Source: a virus
Lineage: Duplodnaviria; Caudoviricetes
Strand: one strand, 5' to 3'
DNA length: 27,300 nt
IMG/VR virus record: IMGVR_UViG_3300020374_000029
Coordinates: 1 to 27,300 of that record
This document shows, in pieces, positions 26,201 to 27,300 of the stretch (the stretch's first letter is position 1; the number at the start of each line of letters is the position of its first letter). Below the pieces are notes generated by a model. The model saw nothing but the letters and a program-made list of their open reading frames with translations, was not told where the DNA came from and searched no databases. Position numbers and translations under genes: made by a program.

Positions 26201-27300
26201 CAACAACAAATGTTTTTATAAACTCAAACTTTAAAGAACCAAACAAGATACCATTAGTAAACGGTATTGAAGTACTAAATTATGATGACTACGATACGGT
26301 ACCTAATATTGTTGAGTATGGTACTGTGTTTACAAGTATACAACAAGTATATAACTTTATTGTTGGATATGGAAAATACTTAGAATCGCAAGGTTGGATA
26401 TTTGATCATTATGATAATGAACTTGGACAGCAGTTTAGTTTTGATTATTCAGCAAAAGAATTCTTGTACTGGGCAAATGCCAAGTATGCAACAGATCAAG
26501 GTGTAACATTAAATCCTTGTATCAAATACTTAAAATACAAACCAGCTCTAGGCTATGTAGCAAACATAGAACAAACATTTGGCGGACACTATAAAATTGT
26601 TGATCAAAATGGATTTCCAATTGATAAATCATTAATTGAATCTACTAGAGATGCTGACAAAACAATTACTATTGAATTAACAGATAAAAACAATGCAATT
26701 TATTCTTGTAAACTTTTTACACAAACAATAGAACACGTTGTTACATTTAATAATAAAACTATATTTGATGATGTTATCTACGATCCAATACTTGGTGTTA
26801 GACAAGGAAGATTAAAACTTAATTTCTACAGATCGCAAGATTGGGATGGTACATTTAACGCACCTGGTTTTGTAATTAGAGGTACTACGTTAATACCAAA
26901 CTTTGAAAATTCAGTTGATAATATTCAAAGATATTTTGATGTTGACAATTTATTACCACAAAGTGATATTAGAAATTCTGCATTACATAATATTGGTTGG
27001 CAAAATAGAGAGTATCTCTCAAACTTAGGATTGTCAGATACTGCTCAAGCAAAATTCTATCAAGGAATGATTGCACAAAAAGGTACACAAGAATCAGTTG
27101 ATAAACTTTTAAAATCAAATGAAATATCAGATACAGAAACATTTGATGTATATGAACAGTATGCATTTAAAATTGGTAACTTTGGTGCAGTAGAACAAAA
27201 ACAAGATATTGAAATTAAACTAAAAGGCAAATTAATAAAACAAAATCCACAGCTTGTTGACTTTGTATTACCATCAGATAAAACTGTTGTTCCAAACTAT
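20215..27300 (+). CDS. Giant baseplate/virion structural protein (gp7-like position; >2360 aa, runs off the right edge)
   Basis: TAATG overlap with gp6; MNTKVIRKLPGYLQ...YYQLEP...PPIDIDKFVNYENYYW...NPWSRTNGW...RPIIEFE...HPWEMLGF. The same frame reads sensibly at every point checked up to base 27300. Missing from the track because no stop lies in the window. Confidence 0.85.
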   Translation, partial: MNTKVIRKLPGYLQNPKLESFFDSTVEQWFKKGEADYVDGYIGRRAGTIYDANKDFYVPEISKNRHYYQLEPTATIRDTETALIDQETYYDELISYLNYYNAPTENHNKLFSQDYYTFAPPIDIDKFVNYENYYWYPDLDLNLPTVKIAGNEDKNINVTTEIIGKSEYTSPTGITFSSGMFIEFVEDTYVTPVSAINDASGNKIRYFVEGVGSEEGIRLVPTSSLPATFFKVNDLPWDSSIDDVGSTGDGSWDADGVSGWKPINNGSNTQYYNTFGYFNDGKEIPLSAIVIGETVSNPVDLLSRGRWDTAPSAAGQDYITIERGAEDQNPWSRTNGWANKNTLTDFKSVTQVVKTYHNWDDDEGTGYDDIYWDESYIVTESPFTLDETRRARRPIIEFERNLELHNYGKIHIQDVDVVSDGVNKIDIEGNPEYTVDGIALQNGHKMLFKNNQDVQSYVPWDADDIAWDQDTDNDPTTGGIESFLAQAGQTVFNLQDSLRSQDTILLNGDLQKVDEDFTGIGTKTLTFNTPLQSGNIVKISHGGGTGGDIGWDINDLFVDSTSSLWTVSGVGTSIGLTQLDLAVIDYDKVTVRLGLANEGKEYYWLNNRWNEGQTKTKINQYPLFELYDNDGVPLSDAGKYTSSNFAGSKIYSYKTADGLNDPYLNFPVSYKNNLDLVSAIEFENNLSTETFLNGQEDIPGYYHYKKTNYPLSLNRRFSKKVTVSKDNSSGKNKFYIDGVQQPSLILKRGYTYIFETEDPSSGYIGYTNANHPFYFSTSQNWNKNAYDDEYTTGITNSRVYYGKSVTKDTENFLYIESNGIPSYYAGGTFPNAQNPNAIVSQTFRFKIPKVPTAASTPVETPLGMIGCTVDGVPIYNSKTANVTNITTEQYTTNAVKAGITLGVDSAGIYYVNSDPVDSYTKDSGNHSPIIGYSFDGYPIYGPYAFTNTDGTGSFKKMETSYRLKTTDREDGSTRDGTYMEDYEYVDGLGDLDEHNGRMCVTPEYPNGTYAYFITIDANDEPDFPYIIGPTYKATPLTTNYTASYDDHTINETISSQTGGMQLEFTVPFSAPDTLYYHCGNHSNMGGEIQIVNRDINNIIDARSTVFNNEWKVANEPSRQLLVEEFEVDENYIHGFTKFTLENQIDDTLKVQVTLDNKFLQRNIDFVVINNKEIALTSKPKTGAYIQIKYDTDSQTPLGRYNYYDVPKNLEFNASNEDVLSYSYGDMLTHYSSIIESQEEIIGQGLGPNNYRDTKKDTARGGVILQHSSPMLRAMMIAGDNNLNLFDALRHADSSYSRFKAAFINSLDILQKTGLYDETNVGKMVDDAIKSTNLNKNKVQPFADSRMLSIGETYTAERVVLNIDNTPWLTQDTMLQDIISEDYLVGEPGIELQNASYNPDEDHGLKNMYVYRNGDVLLYNEDYIIDNQMGTKIVFLGQVADKPQVNDIITVKIYENIQPAYVPPTPSFLGLHQMYLPKYEYDDSYVEGARQYIRGHDGSRVLAYNDLRDKAILDYEARVFNSASYKFTDKDYTPPIIAEEFVGDNLRTKLFTQDQAKEILRPIFHRWAINNRVDWKTNISQDMKDVLMVDNEDVYTSPNTYVAPNYFETLYTNSWKILNYSDTTSLQSNQKLPGNWRGIFKEMYGTDRPHTHPWEMLGFSMKPLWWDSTYSWTSTAQRNLLIDHLEKGIIIAGDRQNFVNKSYNSPDNPYARPNFSDWVPVDSVGALIDPKNRGLVTTYPIGLINKRQWNFGDGAPAEYAWENSSSYPFAIQQLLFTLAPLQYTEKMWNTLGFTKSKIVDRQVYDSQTGRRQQNKGIYVHGESIETADGEKVTLIKEGYQQILSDYLISERKNISTYLGNRIRNLESQLSYRVGGFTDSRTLKAKAESYSPGTKSRTLDIPNNDITFRTHTSPPLSTSTYSAIMVTQTAEGFFRVNGYDNTSAKFFVLNPVETSKSRSVNVGGKTPDIPTFKEGLDLLIGDFVKHNGTVFQATTKHTTTNVFINSNFKEPNKIPLVNGIEVLNYDDYDTVPNIVEYGTVFTSIQQVYNFIVGYGKYLESQGWIFDHYDNELGQQFSFDYSAKEFLYWANAKYATDQGVTLNPCIKYLKYKPALGYVANIEQTFGGHYKIVDQNGFPIDKSLIESTRDADKTITIELTDKNNAIYSCKLFTQTIEHVVTFNNKTIFDDVIYDPILGVRQGRLKLNFYRSQDWDGTFNAPGFVIRGTTLIPNFENSVDNIQRYFDVDNLLPQSDIRNSALHNIGWQNREYLSNLGLSDTAQAKFYQGMIAQKGTQESVDKLLKSNEISDTETFDVYEQYAFKIGNFGAVEQKQDIEIKLKGKLIKQNPQLVDFVLPSDKTVVPNY

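Noticed and set aside
26122-26220. Possible CBM5/12-like carbohydrate-binding repeat (FKEGLDLLIGDFVKHNGTVFQA)
   Set aside because: Spacing resembles the family but the key aromatic residues are degenerate; cannot be supported without a profile search.
9239-27166. Short ORFs antisense or off-frame within the baseplate and cupin/clpP genes (e.g. 11565..11846, 14665..14961, 20613..21008, 24081..24347)
   Set aside because: Fully nested in long, well-supported genes and lacking independent signals.
1-27300. Stop-codon reassignment as seen in some large phages
   Set aside because: Conserved genes are full length in the standard code, and TAA, TAG and TGA all end genes at sensible positions.

Overview
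AT-rich segment of a large T4-like (myovirus/jumbo-type) phage genome, standard genetic code. It has a tail/baseplate module: tape-measure-like gene, gp26-like and gp51-like chaperones, tube-initiator-, gp53-, gp27-, gp5-, gp25- and gp6-like genes, and a >2360-codon baseplate protein running off the right end. It also has the T4-syntenic gp55-gp47-gp46 block, an Hjc-type resolvase, a Dps/ferritin-like gene, and an accessory cassette (membrane micro-protein, winged-HTH, cupin, ClpP) between gp5 and gp25. Signals not explained by the ORF track: (1) a ~450-nt promoter-driven, highly structured minus-strand non-coding region (about 3280-3735) with a pseudoknot, ending in a Y-shaped hairpin cluster; (2) a TTGTAT/CGACGAT repeat array in frame inside gp46, at a one-sided GC step; (3) a -1 slippery site that would fuse the gp26-like and gp51-like ORFs; (4) a candidate late ~55-nt anti-Shine-Dalgarno sRNA matching the RBS of the neighbouring HTH gene; (5) a leaderless 22-aa transmembrane peptide; (6) an extended TAAT-N8-TAAATA late promoter; (7) copper-site-like domains in baseplate proteins. 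All family calls come from motif recognition by eye; no database search was run.
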